Source: Planctomycetota bacterium (GTDB lineage: Bacteria > Planctomycetota > UBA8108 > UBA1146). Taken from it: a stretch of DNA of 64,000 bases. The position numbers were made by a program, and so were the translations under genes. The stretch is taken from assembly GCA_036338595.1 (NCBI GenBank), contig JAYZBV010000072.1, forward strand, positions 1 through 64,000. Direction: 5' to 3'. The notes below the pieces were generated by a model that did not search any database, was not told where the DNA came from, and saw only the letters and a list, made by a program, of their open reading frames with translations. Positions 10,516 to 20,750 of the stretch are shown here, one piece after another (position 1 is the stretch's first letter; each line of letters starts with the position of its first letter).

Positions 10516-10536
10516 TCGACTCTTCGTGGGTGACTC

Positions 10537-13500
10537 CTAGACTTCTTCCCTGCCACCCACTCCGAAGTAACTCGCATCCGGGTGATGAAAAGCGAGCGCA
10601 GAGACGCTCGCCTCTGGATCCATCATGAATCCATCGGTCAGTTCGACTCCAAGATGTTCCAGCGGCTGAAGCAATCTCCAGAGCATCTCCTGGCAGGAGA
10701 GATCGGGGCAGGCGGGATACCCGAAGGAGTAGCGCTTGCCGGGGTACTTTGCCTGGAACAGTTGCATGGGGGTCATCGTATCGGCATCAGGACGCCCCCA
10801 GCTGGCGCGAATCAGTCGGTGGGTTCGCTCTGCGAGTCCTTCAGCCATCTCCACCGCAAGCGCCTGCAACGAATGCGATTTGAGGTACTCACCTGCGTGC
10901 ATCCAGGCACGTGATTGGTTGCGGACCCCCGCGCCTGCAGTGGTCACCATCATCGCCAGATGATCGCGGGGGCGACCATCGTCGTCTGCCGGAAGGATGT
11001 AGTCACAGATGGAGCGGTGTGGTGCCTTCCTCTGGCGCGGAAATGAGATTTTCTCGAGCGGTTCCAGCGATGTTGGATCGTGGATGACGATCTCTTTCGA
11101 GGTTGCGCTGGCGGGAAAGTGTCTCCACATCGCCTTGGGAATCAGCAGTTCGCGCTGGATGACTTCCTCGAGCAGTTCATGTATAAGGATCTGCAATTCG
11201 AGTGCCTTGCTGTCGCCGGCCTTGATCTTCTTCTCGAAGTTACCTCTGAGCCCCATGTGCCTTCCGTACAACATCTGAGGATTGATGAGGGAGAAAATTT
11301 CCCTCGGATCGACCTGGGTCTCGATATGAAGTTCCGTATCCGGCATGGCAGGGACAGATTCGAGGATGGCGATGGCGGGAGACCTGTCGGGGAGTGTGAT
11401 CTGGGCAACGGAACTGCTCGTTTTGGTGGAACCACCGCTGAGGATCCGGTCCTGGCTGCGCCTCACCTCGATCAAGAAGTCATCGCGGCGTGTCTCGTCG
11501 AGGATCTCGTTGACGATCCGTAATCCATCCATGGCATCTCGCGAATAGATCACCGTTGAATTGATCGCCTTCTGGATCTTGAGTGCTGTGAATTTCTCGG
11601 ATAGAGCAGCGCCTCCGACCAGGATCGGTAGTTCGATGTTTGCCGACTGTAGATCTTCGGCAGTGACGACCATCTGCTGGGCAGATTTCACCAGCAGACC
11701 CGAAAGACCGATAGCATCGGGCTGATGCTCCTTGACCGCATCGATCAACTGAGCTGGCGGAACCTTGATTCCCAGATCGACCACCTCGAACCCGTTGTTG
11801 GAAAGAATGATCTGTACCAGGTTCTTTCCTATGTCGTGGACATCACCCTTGACGGTTGCCAGCAGGATCTTGCCACGGGAAGCGGAATCGCTCTTTTCCA
11901 TGTGGGGTTCAAGGAATGCGACCGCAGCTTTCATCGCTTCGGCACTTTGTAGCACCTCCGCCACGATCAACTCGTTGTTATTGAAGAGCCGACCCACCTC
12001 TGCCATTCCGTTCATCAGTGGACCGTTGATGACTTCGAGGGGGGCATCGTAGATTTCGAGTGCTTCTGTGAGAGCCTCCTCGATCCCTTCCTTGGTTCCC
12101 TCGATGATGTTGCGGGCGAGTCGCTCGGGAATCGGTAGATCGAGCAGTGGAGACTGTCCTTCACTGGCGATCTTCCGACCGCGGAAGTGCTCCGTGAATT
12201 CTGCGATCGGATCTGATGTTCGTTGCCAGATCAGATTCTCACACAGTTGTCGTTCCTGTTCAGGGATGCTTGCGTAGCGCTCCATTCGTTCGGAATTGAC
12301 GATGGCCATCGTCAATCCCGCCTGGACGCAGTGATAGAGGAAGACGGAGTTCAGCACCTCGCGCCCGGCCGGGGGGAGTCCGAAGGAGACATTGCTGATG
12401 CCGAGCACGGTACTGCAGCGGGGGAACCGCTGCTGGATCGCCTTGACCCCATCGATGGTTGCCGCTGCAGAAGCGGAGTACTTCTGGTCACCGGTGCCAA
12501 CCGGGAAGACAAGAGGGTCGAAGATCAGGTTCGTTTCAGGGATGCCATACTTTTCAGTGAGTAACTTGTATGACCTCTCAGCGATTTCTAGTTTCCGCTC
12601 AACCGTGACGGCCATTCCATCTTCCGGGTCCTCGTCGATACATCCGACCACGAGAGAGGCACCGTAGCGTTTTGCCAGGGGAACAACGGATTCAAACCTC
12701 TCCTCACCATCTTCCAGGTTAATCGAGTTGATGATCGATTTTCCCTGACACAGTTTCAGAGATTCTTCGATCACCGCTGAATCAGTCGAGTCGATCATCA
12801 ATGGCGCCTTCGTCATCCGATTCAGCAGCGGAAGAAGCCGAAGAATATCTTCCAGCTCTTCTCGGTCAGGATCTGCCATGCACACATCGATGATGTGTGC
12901 GCCACCGCGATCCTGGCGTCTGCCAATCTCTGCCGCCTTTTCAAACTCATCTCTGGCGATCATCTTCTTGAATCGGCGACTTCCGATGACATTGGTTCTT
13001 TCACCGACCACGAGCGGCTGATTGTCCTCATTGATCTCGACCAGTTCGATTCCGGAGATCAGAGCAGTTTGAGGGCGTTGCCAATCCCGTGGTTTTGCAC
13101 CGTCAATCCGTTGCACCATGGTTCGGATGTGCTCAGGAGTCGTGCCGCAGCAGCCTCCAATGATGTTGACCCAGCCCTGGTCGATGAAGGGTTGCAGATG
13201 GTCGGCAAGGATCTCCGGAGTCTCCTCGTATTTCCCATCGGAATTTGGCAGCCCAGCGTTTGGATAGACTGAAACGGGGAACGCCGAGATGTTCGAGAGG
13301 GTTCTGAGGTGGTCTGTCATGAATCGGGGACCCGTGGCGCAATTCATCCCGATGAAGATCGGCTGGAAGTGTTCGACGCTGGCATAAAATGCCTCGATGG
13401 CCTGTCCCGCGAGCATCGTGCCCATCGGTTCGATGGTGCAGGAGATCGCTACGGGCCGAGAGAATCCGACATCGTCGGAAGCAGCTTCGATGCCGAACTG

Positions 13501-14034
13501 CGCCGCCTTCAGATTGAGGGTGTCCTGAACCGTCTCGAGCAAAAGGATGTCGCAGCCTCCTCGAAGCAAGCCGCGAGCCTGAACCCTGAAGTGTTCACGC
13601 ATTTCATCGAAGGTGATGCCACCGGTCACTGAGAGCGTTTTTGTCGTGGGTCCCATCGATCCGAGAACCCAGCGAGGCCTCTCCTCGGTGCAATACTGAT
13701 CCGCTGCCTCACGCGCCAGTTCGCTGGCGACGACATTGATCTGCTCGGCGAGATCACCCAGGCCGTATTCAGCGAGTACCAGGGGGGTGGCGCCAAAGGT
13801 ATCGGTCTCGATGCAATCGGCACCCGCCTCGAGGTATTGACGGTGAACCGAGCGGATCACATCCGGACGGGTGAGCACCAGATTTTCATTACAGCCAGCG
13901 AGGTCATCCCCACCGAAATCTTCCGCCGAGAGGTCACGATCCTGCAGGGCAGTGCCGGTGGCACCATCGATGACCAGGATTCTCTCCCTCAGATGGGTGA
14001 GAAACTGGCTTCGAACCTGCTCCTGACTGGTCAT
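10537..14034 (-). CDS. metH: Cobalamin-dependent methionine synthase
   Basis: DGATGT, GMNCATG, GGCCGTTPEHI, pterin domain GERTNV, B12 motif GDVHDIGKN, RYSFGYPACPD. Start at 14034 or 14052. Confidence 0.97.
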   Translation of the reverse strand: MTSQEQVRSQFLTHLRERILVIDGATGTALQDRDLSAEDFGGDDLAGCNENLVLTRPDVIRSVHRQYLEAGADCIETDTFGATPLVLAEYGLGDLAEQINVVASELAREAADQYCTEERPRWVLGSMGPTTKTLSVTGGITFDEMREHFRVQARGLLRGGCDILLLETVQDTLNLKAAQFGIEAASDDVGFSRPVAISCTIEPMGTMLAGQAIEAFYASVEHFQPIFIGMNCATGPRFMTDHLRTLSNISAFPVSVYPNAGLPNSDGKYEETPEILADHLQPFIDQGWVNIIGGCCGTTPEHIRTMVQRIDGAKPRDWQRPQTALISGIELVEINEDNQPLVVGERTNVIGSRRFKKMIARDEFEKAAEIGRRQDRGGAHIIDVCMADPDREELEDILRLLPLLNRMTKAPLMIDSTDSAVIEESLKLCQGKSIINSINLEDGEERFESVVPLAKRYGASLVVGCIDEDPEDGMAVTVERKLEIAERSYKLLTEKYGIPETNLIFDPLVFPVGTGDQKYSASAAATIDGVKAIQQRFPRCSTVLGISNVSFGLPPAGREVLNSVFLYHCVQAGLTMAIVNSERMERYASIPEQERQLCENLIWQRTSDPIAEFTEHFRGRKIASEGQSPLLDLPIPERLARNIIEGTKEGIEEALTEALEIYDAPLEVINGPLMNGMAEVGRLFNNNELIVAEVLQSAEAMKAAVAFLEPHMEKSDSASRGKILLATVKGDVHDIGKNLVQIILSNNGFEVVDLGIKVPPAQLIDAVKEHQPDAIGLSGLLVKSAQQMVVTAEDLQSANIELPILVGGAALSEKFTALKIQKAINSTVIYSRDAMDGLRIVNEILDETRRDDFLIEVRRSQDRILSGGSTKTSSSVAQITLPDRSPAIAILESVPAMPDTELHIETQVDPREIFSLINPQMLYGRHMGLRGNFEKKIKAGDSKALELQILIHELLEEVIQRELLIPKAMWRHFPASATSKEIVIHDPTSLEPLEKISFPRQRKAPHRSICDYILPADDDGRPRDHLAMMVTTAGAGVRNQSRAWMHAGEYLKSHSLQALAVEMAEGLAERTHRLIRASWGRPDADTMTPMQLFQAKYPGKRYSFGYPACPDLSCQEMLWRLLQPLEHLGVELTDGFMMDPEASVSALAFHHPDASYFGVGGREEV

Positions 14035-14138
14035 GGACGGGTCAAAGGACATCCCCTGGGCCTCCGTAAGTGAGTCTATGGAACCCAGAGTATAGGACTC
14101 CAGTACCCCGGGGGATAGCGCAACAGATACGGTTGTGC

Positions 14139-14750
14139 TCACCTTCTGGGGTCGGGGGGATCAATTCGCTGCTGTTCCAGCCGCAGCAGAGCCTCCTGCA
14201 TCTGTAACTGGATCGACATCAGATCGTCGATTCTCAGAGCCGTCTGCTGCTGCCGACGGACCAGTTCCAGGTGGCTCTTGTGGGTTGCTGCCAGTTGCTC
14301 TTCCAGTTGCTGGATCTTCTGAAGCAACTCCTGCTTATCCTCAGAGGAGTTTCGATGAGCCTCCTGAAGGCGTTGCAGTGCTGTAGTCTGGCTCTTCTTC
14401 AAACTCTCCAGCTGGGCGGTCAGCGATTGCCCCAGATCCTCGCTGCTTTCGGCGATCTTTTCCATCTGTTCGTCCAGTTGATCTGTCTTGCTGATGAGCC
14501 TCTCGTCGAGTTCTGTCACCCCCGATTGAACTCCCTGGAGATCGGTCCGGAGGGTGCCGATGGATTCATCGATACGATCCACATCGCCGTCGAGGCGCTG
14601 TACCTCCCCTCGCAGCAGGGAGTCCTCGAGTTGAAGGTCCACCTGTTGCTGTTCAAGGTGATCGATCTGGCGTTGCTGTCTGGACCCTGTCCACAGGAAA
14701 GCGATGGTCAGCGTTGCGATGGCGACCACGATGAGGCTCATTAATTTCAT
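14139..14750 (-). CDS. Membrane-anchored coiled-coil protein of unknown function
   Basis: AAGGAG RBS; N-terminal hydrophobic helix followed by Q/E/L-rich heptads. Confidence 0.75.
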   Translation of the reverse strand: MKLMSLIVVAIATLTIAFLWTGSRQQRQIDHLEQQQVDLQLEDSLLRGEVQRLDGDVDRIDESIGTLRTDLQGVQSGVTELDERLISKTDQLDEQMEKIAESSEDLGQSLTAQLESLKKSQTTALQRLQEAHRNSSEDKQELLQKIQQLEEQLAATHKSHLELVRRQQQTALRIDDLMSIQLQMQEALLRLEQQRIDPPDPRR

Positions 14751-14781
14751 CGGTTCTCCTTTGCAACGGACCCGGAGTGGT

Positions 14782-14871
14782 TGGCGGTGGGGGTGGGATT
14801 CGAACCCACGAGGGCTGTTACACCCTGCCGGTTTTCAAAACCGGTGCATTAGACCACTCTGCCACCCCACC
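14782..14871 (-). tRNA. tRNA-Ser (anticodon UGA)
   Basis: Reverse complement reads GGTGGGGTGGCAGAGTGG...CCGGT-TTTGAAA-ACCGG, long variable arm, GGTTCGAATCC, encoded CCA. Confidence 0.97.
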
Positions 14872-14941
14872 ATCGCCAGCAACTGCATCGCAACCCTGTA
14901 CCGTGACAACCCAGTACCGTGACCATGGCCGCTTCAGATTA

Positions 14942-16030
14942 CTAGTTTGACGCTTTTCCATCACCATCATCGGCAGATGAGTGGTAGGAGCGAGACTCCT
15001 TCAGTCGTTTGAGCCGCTTCTCTCTCAAACTCTGCGCCCGAGCACGAAGATCGACGACATCATCGTGTTCGTCGACCACCTCGATGCCAAGAATCGTCTC
15101 GAACAGGTCCTCAGTGGTGATGATGCCGCATGTGCCGCCATGTTCGTCCGCCACCATGGCGATGGGATCCTGGCCGCTGGTGAGATCGGCGAGAGCCTGG
15201 CGCAGGGTCGCCACCTCGGGTACGAACCGAATTTCCCTGCGAAACTGCACCAGGGGAGTCGTGCCGGGAGCTCCCTCGATGCTGGCTGACAGCACTTCTC
15301 GCAGCAGGACATAACCCGTGACCTCGTCCAGAGACTTGCCGTGAATGGGGATCCTGCTCGGTAGATGGCTTCTCTTGTTCTCGGCCAGAAGATCACCGAT
15401 GGTGGCATCTTGCCACAGATCCCACACCACGGTTCGCGGCGTCATCACATCTCCGACGTGGATCTCGTCGAGCCTGAGGATGTTGCGATAGAGTTCTCGT
15501 TCGTGGACGGCAAGAGTCCCATCGGTTCCAGCCATGTCAATCATCGCCTCGACCTCACCCCGTGAGACATGTTCTGTTGATTTGCTGCCGAAGATCCTCG
15601 TCAGAACGACGGTCAATCCCATCGCTGGCTTCATCACAGCGGTCAAGATGTGAAGGCAGACTCCGACGAATCCCGACAGCTTTCGTGCATGCACCGCGCC
15701 TAGCGTCTTCGGAATGATCTCGGCTCCGGTCAGGATCACAAAAGTGAAGAGCGCCGAGAATACTGCGACCCATGCGGGATACTCCTTGTGAACCAGGTAT
15801 CCGGCGATCGACGCTCCCATCGTGTTGGAAATGGTGTTGAGGATCAGCACTGCACTGATCGCCTCGTTGAGTCGATGCTTCTTCAGATCCAGCAGCCAGC
15901 GGATGCCGATGCTGCGCTCTCGGCGCTCTTCGAGGCTCGGGATCGAGACAGAGAAGAGGGTCGCCTCGAGCAGGGAACAGATGAAAGAGACGAAGACGGT
16001 CAGCGAGACGACACTGAGGAGAAGGGTCAC
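14942..16030 (-). CDS. CNNM/DUF21 + CBS-domain membrane protein (CorB/CorC-like)
   Basis: SFICSLLEATLFS, ILNTISNTMGA, AEIIPKTLG, DVMTPRT, VADEHGGTCGIITTEDLFETILG. GTG start inferred at 16030. Confidence 0.9.
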   Translation of the reverse strand: MTLLLSVVSLTVFVSFICSLLEATLFSVSIPSLEERRERSIGIRWLLDLKKHRLNEAISAVLILNTISNTMGASIAGYLVHKEYPAWVAVFSALFTFVILTGAEIIPKTLGAVHARKLSGFVGVCLHILTAVMKPAMGLTVVLTRIFGSKSTEHVSRGEVEAMIDMAGTDGTLAVHERELYRNILRLDEIHVGDVMTPRTVVWDLWQDATIGDLLAENKRSHLPSRIPIHGKSLDEVTGYVLLREVLSASIEGAPGTTPLVQFRREIRFVPEVATLRQALADLTSGQDPIAMVADEHGGTCGIITTEDLFETILGIEVVDEHDDVVDLRARAQSLREKRLKRLKESRSYHSSADDGDGKASN

Positions 16031-16165
16031 GGGCCATCCATCCAGGAGAATTGAGCTTTGCTGGGGGCCATCATACCCGGTCTGCAGTGGCTCCCAAAAC
16101 GCTCCTCGCAGCGGGATCGGGGCCCAATCGATGGTTATCGGAACCACAGAGGCTTTGCACTTTAC

Positions 16166-16177
16166 ACTTTATAAAGT
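16166..16177. promoter_or_regulatory. AT-rich perfect palindrome, candidate regulator or enhancer site
   Basis: ACTTTATAAAGT in an AT-rich patch of a 670-nt divergent intergenic region. Confidence 0.35.
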
Positions 16178-16335
16178 ATGTGTCAGGCTTCTGCCGGCCC
16201 CATGCCCGGGCTCTGTTTGCATGCGATCGCGAGTGCCTCATCGAGTGGCACTCGTTGCTCGATTGTGGATGAGACGGGCGTGAGGGGATGATCGAGATGG
16301 GGGATTCCAGCCAATCCGGGTCATTCCGGAGCATC

Positions 16336-16351
16336 TGGCATGAACCCTGCA
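16336..16351 (+). promoter_or_regulatory. Candidate sigma54 (-24/-12) promoter for the export operon
   Basis: TGGCATGAACCCTGCA has the GG-N10-GC spacing of the consensus TGGCACG-N4-TTGC(A/T). Confidence 0.4.
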
Positions 16352-16699
16352 CTGTCGATGTGATCGGGCCACTTCACCGGACTGTCCGGTGTCGCTGGAT
16401 CAGAGGGGAGAGCAGATGACACCTTCGACCCACGACCAGCGACCCTGCTCAAGTTTAATTTCGAGTCGAATCGGAATCTCGGGGACTGCAAATCTGTTCG
16501 CTGCGTTGGCACCGCAGCAGGAGTCGAGTTCGTGCAATCCAGTCCCGTCGCATGAAGAACAATTGGTGGGAAATTGGCGGTGCGCTGCAACTGCCGGTGG
16601 CAGTTGCTCATCCCAGGGGTGGAGTCGTTCACAACCAGCCTGTGGGCAAATCCAAGAGGTTGTGGCCCGGCAACCGGGCCAGGTCGGAAAGAGGGAGTC

Positions 16700-18637
16700 A
16701 TGGTGAATCAGGGTACGAGCCAGGGAATCGATGGTCCGCAACAGACCGGTGCTTCCATCGATCTGATCAAATTCTGGGATGAACTGGGATTTGGTGGGCG
16801 CGTCGGGGTGGGGGCGGCTCTCTTTTTCGTGGTCGCATTCATCTTCACTTCATCGATGAAGAACGATTGGATCGACATCCCTGTCGGCGATGTCGAACGC
16901 GACTTTGAACTCACCGAGATCCTCAAGGGCAAGCAGATCGATTTTCGCTTCAATGACGCGGGTGGCCTTCAGGTGCCGAGTATCCGCGCATCAGAGGTAT
17001 TTTCACTGCTTCACTCGAATACAGCGGCGGCTGATCAAGCGGATCCATTTGACTGGGTAGGTCAGTCTGGATCGCTGATCGACACTTCCAGGCAGCGAGA
17101 GCAGCGCTGGGAACGGTCGCAGATCGAGCAACTCGAGGAGGACCTTGCCCGCCTCGAGGGGGTCGACTCGGTGAGCGTGACACCCAATCGATCGATCGGA
17201 GCATCGGTGATTGCTTCGAGCCGCAAGATTACCGGTGTCAGCGTCCAGGTAGATCTCGATGCACAGCTGCGGCCCGCTGGACTCAGCCAGTCGATGGCGA
17301 TGTCGATTGCAATGCATGTTTCCGGGGCATACGGGGTTTCGACAGAGAAAGTCATCATCACGGATACCACCGGTCACTACTACGATCTCGACAATTCACA
17401 GGTGACAGCAGGGGATGTCGTGGAGAAGAAAAAAATCGTCGAACAGTATGTGGTTCGATACCTCTCGGCGATTTTTGATCCTGAGATGTTTCGTGTGGTC
17501 GTCGATGTGAGTCTGGCCAACCCGGTATTCGAGACGGTCGAGAAGTCAGGTTACATCCCGGGCAATAACCCGGTGGTGCCGGGTATCTACGATCTCCAGG
17601 AGCAGGTGGCTTCTTACTCACCAATTTCGGCACAGTTTGCGGACTCAGTGGTGACCAGAGCCACAGCTCAGCAGATTCCAGGCCGTACAGAAGCGGATCC
17701 CGCGATCGCAGGTGTTGAAGAGGTTGCGGTCACGGTGATGCTGGATCGTCAAGGCGCCATCGCCAGAGCCAGCGCCAACGGAGGCTACAGCCGCGGCACT
17801 GAAGCAGCCAGCGGGCAACGGAGCGTCGGGCAACTGCTGCGTGAGTTTACCGCCACGATCGTCGATGGCCTCACGTCTCACCTCAGGGTTCATGTCGGTA
17901 GCGATTCAGTGATCCAGGCCAGGGTGCTTCCCGTCAACTTCAAGGGTGTGCTCTCGACTGCTGAGCCGGTCAAGGTTCAGAGTCTGGCCAACGAAGAATT
18001 CGCAGGGTACCCCTTCTCCTTCTACTTCCTGCTAGGAGGGGGATTGCTGGCAGTATTCTGGATATTCCGCCATGGCCCCAGAGACTCGACTGTCGAGCCA
18101 GCGATAGCAGGGTTCGGTGCGGCGAGATTCGCCCAGGATCGGGTCCGAGAGAGTGTCAATACGATCTTCGAGGAGTGTGAAAGCTCCATCACCGAAAAAG
18201 CGATCGAGCAGATCCGTAGCCTCGATGTTCCCGAGTCAGTCGAGGTTCTTCGGCATGTCATCTCGCACGATGAGGGTGAACTACCGGGGTGCTCGGTGCT
18301 GGCACTACTGGTACTCGATCAATGCCCAGCCCGAGCCGAGATCTTCAATGCCATGAATCCGGAAGAGCTGTCGACACTGTCGGGGATGATCTGCGGAGTC
18401 GAAGCCATCCATCAAGAAATGATCGCAGATGCACTGGCAGTACTGGACCTCTTCCAGGGTGTACTGTCCGGCTCCAGTCCGACAACAGAAGTTCCCTCAG
18501 CCATCGATGTGATTCCGACTCAATTCGAAATCCAGCGATCCGTGATCGACGACATCAGATCCAATGATTCGAAACTGGCAGATCTGATCGAGGGAAATAG
18601 CAGCGGCTCCAGTTCAAGGGAGGTTCAATCGCCATGA
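16700..18637 (+). CDS. fliF: Divergent FliF (MS-ring) with a C-terminal extension resembling part of FliG
   Basis: Two TM segments flank a YscJ/FliF-like region (LEEDLARLEGVDSVSV...VSVQVDL...IAMHVSGAYGVSTEKVIITDTTG). The tail resembles FliG-N. It is the first gene before fliH/fliI, with a GAGGGAG RBS. Confidence 0.7.
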   Translation: MVNQGTSQGIDGPQQTGASIDLIKFWDELGFGGRVGVGAALFFVVAFIFTSSMKNDWIDIPVGDVERDFELTEILKGKQIDFRFNDAGGLQVPSIRASEVFSLLHSNTAAADQADPFDWVGQSGSLIDTSRQREQRWERSQIEQLEEDLARLEGVDSVSVTPNRSIGASVIASSRKITGVSVQVDLDAQLRPAGLSQSMAMSIAMHVSGAYGVSTEKVIITDTTGHYYDLDNSQVTAGDVVEKKKIVEQYVVRYLSAIFDPEMFRVVVDVSLANPVFETVEKSGYIPGNNPVVPGIYDLQEQVASYSPISAQFADSVVTRATAQQIPGRTEADPAIAGVEEVAVTVMLDRQGAIARASANGGYSRGTEAASGQRSVGQLLREFTATIVDGLTSHLRVHVGSDSVIQARVLPVNFKGVLSTAEPVKVQSLANEEFAGYPFSFYFLLGGGLLAVFWIFRHGPRDSTVEPAIAGFGAARFAQDRVRESVNTIFEECESSITEKAIEQIRSLDVPESVEVLRHVISHDEGELPGCSVLALLVLDQCPARAEIFNAMNPEELSTLSGMICGVEAIHQEMIADALAVLDLFQGVLSGSSPTTEVPSAIDVIPTQFEIQRSVIDDIRSNDSKLADLIEGNSSGSSSREVQSP

Positions 18638-19428
18638 ACGACGAAGTATTTTCGCCGACGGATGAGGGCCCAACCGAGATCTTGCAATCTGAAGTGGAGG
18701 CACGTCAGCGCCTGGAAGCACTACAAGTTGCCTACCAGCAACTGATGCAGAAACTGCTCGTCGATGGCCAGAAGTCCATCGCTGCCATCGAGTTGGCCAG
18801 GGAGTCTTCACTGGTAGCGCTCGAGAAGCACAAGAACGAGGCCAGGTCTTCAGGACTTGAACAAGGCCTGGAGGATGGTCGCAAGCAGGGCTTCGAAGCG
18901 GGCCATGCCGAGGGAATCCAGCTGGGACTCGAGGAAGGCCGCCGTGAATTTACACGGAGCGTCGAACAGAGGGCCTGTGAACTGGTTTCCCAGAACTGTG
19001 AAACATTGCCACAAACACTGGCGTCCGCCATCGAGGAGTTCTCCCGATGCTGGAAGGACACGATAGAAGAAACACGGCGTGACACCGTGAAGCTTGCCCG
19101 TGGAATCGCTCAGAGGGTCCTCCGTCGCGAGATCGAGGACTTGCCATCGGTTGTAGTGGAAAACATCGAGCTTGCCGTGCAGCGGATCGGTGATCGATGT
19201 CAGATCGTCATCGAGGTCAATCCCGCAGACCTCACAGCTGTAGTCCAGTTTCTTCCGCTTCTTGGACAGAAGTTTGAAGGTGCCGAGGGCGCAGAGGTGG
19301 TCGGGGTAGAGTCGATCTCACGCGGCGGTTGCCGAGTTCGCAGTCGCTCAGCGAGCGTGGATCTGACGATGGAAATGCAGTTGGATCTGATCGAATCGGC
19401 ACTGATCAAGGATTCCCAGGAGAGTTGA
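18634..19428 (+). CDS. fliH: FliH/SctL-family export ATPase regulator
   Basis: GxxxG repeats (GLEQGLEDGRKQGFEAGHAEG), IEVNPADL, ISRGGCRV; directly upstream of fliI. Confidence 0.9.
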   Translation: MNDEVFSPTDEGPTEILQSEVEARQRLEALQVAYQQLMQKLLVDGQKSIAAIELARESSLVALEKHKNEARSSGLEQGLEDGRKQGFEAGHAEGIQLGLEEGRREFTRSVEQRACELVSQNCETLPQTLASAIEEFSRCWKDTIEETRRDTVKLARGIAQRVLRREIEDLPSVVVENIELAVQRIGDRCQIVIEVNPADLTAVVQFLPLLGQKFEGAEGAEVVGVESISRGGCRVRSRSASVDLTMEMQLDLIESALIKDSQES

Positions 19429-20750
19429 TGAATTTCATCGATGCGCTCGAGTCACTGAATACGGGACAGATGGTGAGGGTGCGCGGCACCGTTGCTCGCG
19501 TTACAGGAGTGATCGTTGAGGCCCAGGGCCTGTCACTACCTGTGGGAGCTGAGTGCACCATCCGGACTCGAGAAGGTGATCTGGTGGTGGCAGAGGTGAT
19601 CGGGTTCTCCGGTGACAGGTGCCACTTGCTTCCCGAGTCGGGCATCTCAGGAATCGCTCCTCAAGATGTGGTGATTCACGATGGAGAAAAGCCCAGCGTC
19701 GAGGTCTCTCACCAGCTGCTCGGTCGCGTCATCGATGCAAGGGGGATCCCCATCGACGGAAAGGGACCCGTCCCCTGTGGCGAGAAGATGCCCATCCATG
19801 CGAAGCCAGTTCCAGCGCTTGAGCGTCAAAGAATTGACCGGGCAGTCCACACGGGTGTGCGCGCCTTTGATTCGATCCTGACTGTGGGAGTCGGTCAGCG
19901 CCTGGGGATCTTCTCGGGAAGTGGTGTCGGCAAATCTACGCTGCTTGGAATGATAGCAAGGAACACCGAACTCCCGATCAGGGTGATTGCTCTGGTCGGA
20001 GAACGAGGTCGAGAGGTCCGGGAGTTCATCGATAGAGACCTCGGTCCGGAAGGCCTTGCACGAAGTGTTGTCGTGGTAGCGACAGGAGATGAAGCCGCCG
20101 TGATGAGACTGAGGGCAGCCAAGGTTGCCACCTCCATCGCAGAGTGGTTCAGGGATCAGGGCGAAGATGTTCTGTTGCTGGTCGACTCCATCACCAGGGT
20201 CGCCCTCGCTCAGCGCGAGGTTGGCCTGTGCGCCGGGGAGCCTCCCACAACTCGCGGATACACACCCAGTGTCTTCGGGATGCTCCCACGGCTCCTCGAG
20301 CGAACTGGACCCGGCAAGGTCGGAAGCATCACTGCATTCTATTCCGTTCTTGTCGAAGGGGATGACCTGCACGATCCGATAGGGGATGCAGTAAGAGGGA
20401 TTCTAGATGGGCAGATCTGGTTGAGTAGAGATCTCGCAAATCGGGGCTGGTTCCCGCCTGTAGACCCATGTGCCAGCACCAGCAGGACGATGAACTCGGT
20501 GGTCGATCCTGACCATCTCACCGCTGCTCGCTCACTGGTTGAACTGGTGGCGACTTACCGTGAGATCGAGGACATGGTGCGTATCGGTGCGTATGTCCGC
20601 GGCCAGGATCAAAGATCGGACGCTGCACTCGATGCGATGCAATCGATCGAGGAACTGTTGCGTCAATTGCCTGCAGAGAAGAGTGAGTTCGAGCTCACCA
20701 GGAAGCGCCTGATCGATATCACCAGTAACTCCAGCTGGGAGGTTGCCTGA
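19428..20750 (+). CDS. fliI: FliI type III export ATPase
   Basis: GQRLGIFSGSGVGKSTLLGM, ALVGERGREV, LLLVDSITR, GEPPTTRGY, DAVRGILDG. ATG overlaps the fliH stop (TGATG). Confidence 0.97.
   Translation: MNFIDALESLNTGQMVRVRGTVARVTGVIVEAQGLSLPVGAECTIRTREGDLVVAEVIGFSGDRCHLLPESGISGIAPQDVVIHDGEKPSVEVSHQLLGRVIDARGIPIDGKGPVPCGEKMPIHAKPVPALERQRIDRAVHTGVRAFDSILTVGVGQRLGIFSGSGVGKSTLLGMIARNTELPIRVIALVGERGREVREFIDRDLGPEGLARSVVVVATGDEAAVMRLRAAKVATSIAEWFRDQGEDVLLLVDSITRVALAQREVGLCAGEPPTTRGYTPSVFGMLPRLLERTGPGKVGSITAFYSVLVEGDDLHDPIGDAVRGILDGQIWLSRDLANRGWFPPVDPCASTSRTMNSVVDPDHLTAARSLVELVATYREIEDMVRIGAYVRGQDQRSDAALDAMQSIEELLRQLPAEKSEFELTRKRLIDITSNSSWEVA

Noticed and set aside
16155..16186. dif site or sigma28 promoter in the AT-rich patch
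   Set aside because: The putative XerD arm has several mismatches. The TAAA...GCCG spacing (17 nt) and -10 sequence do not fit sigma28.
16640..16695. c-di-GMP-I riboswitch upstream of fliF
   Set aside because: GGGCAAA is present, but I could not find the GNRA tetraloop/receptor architecture.
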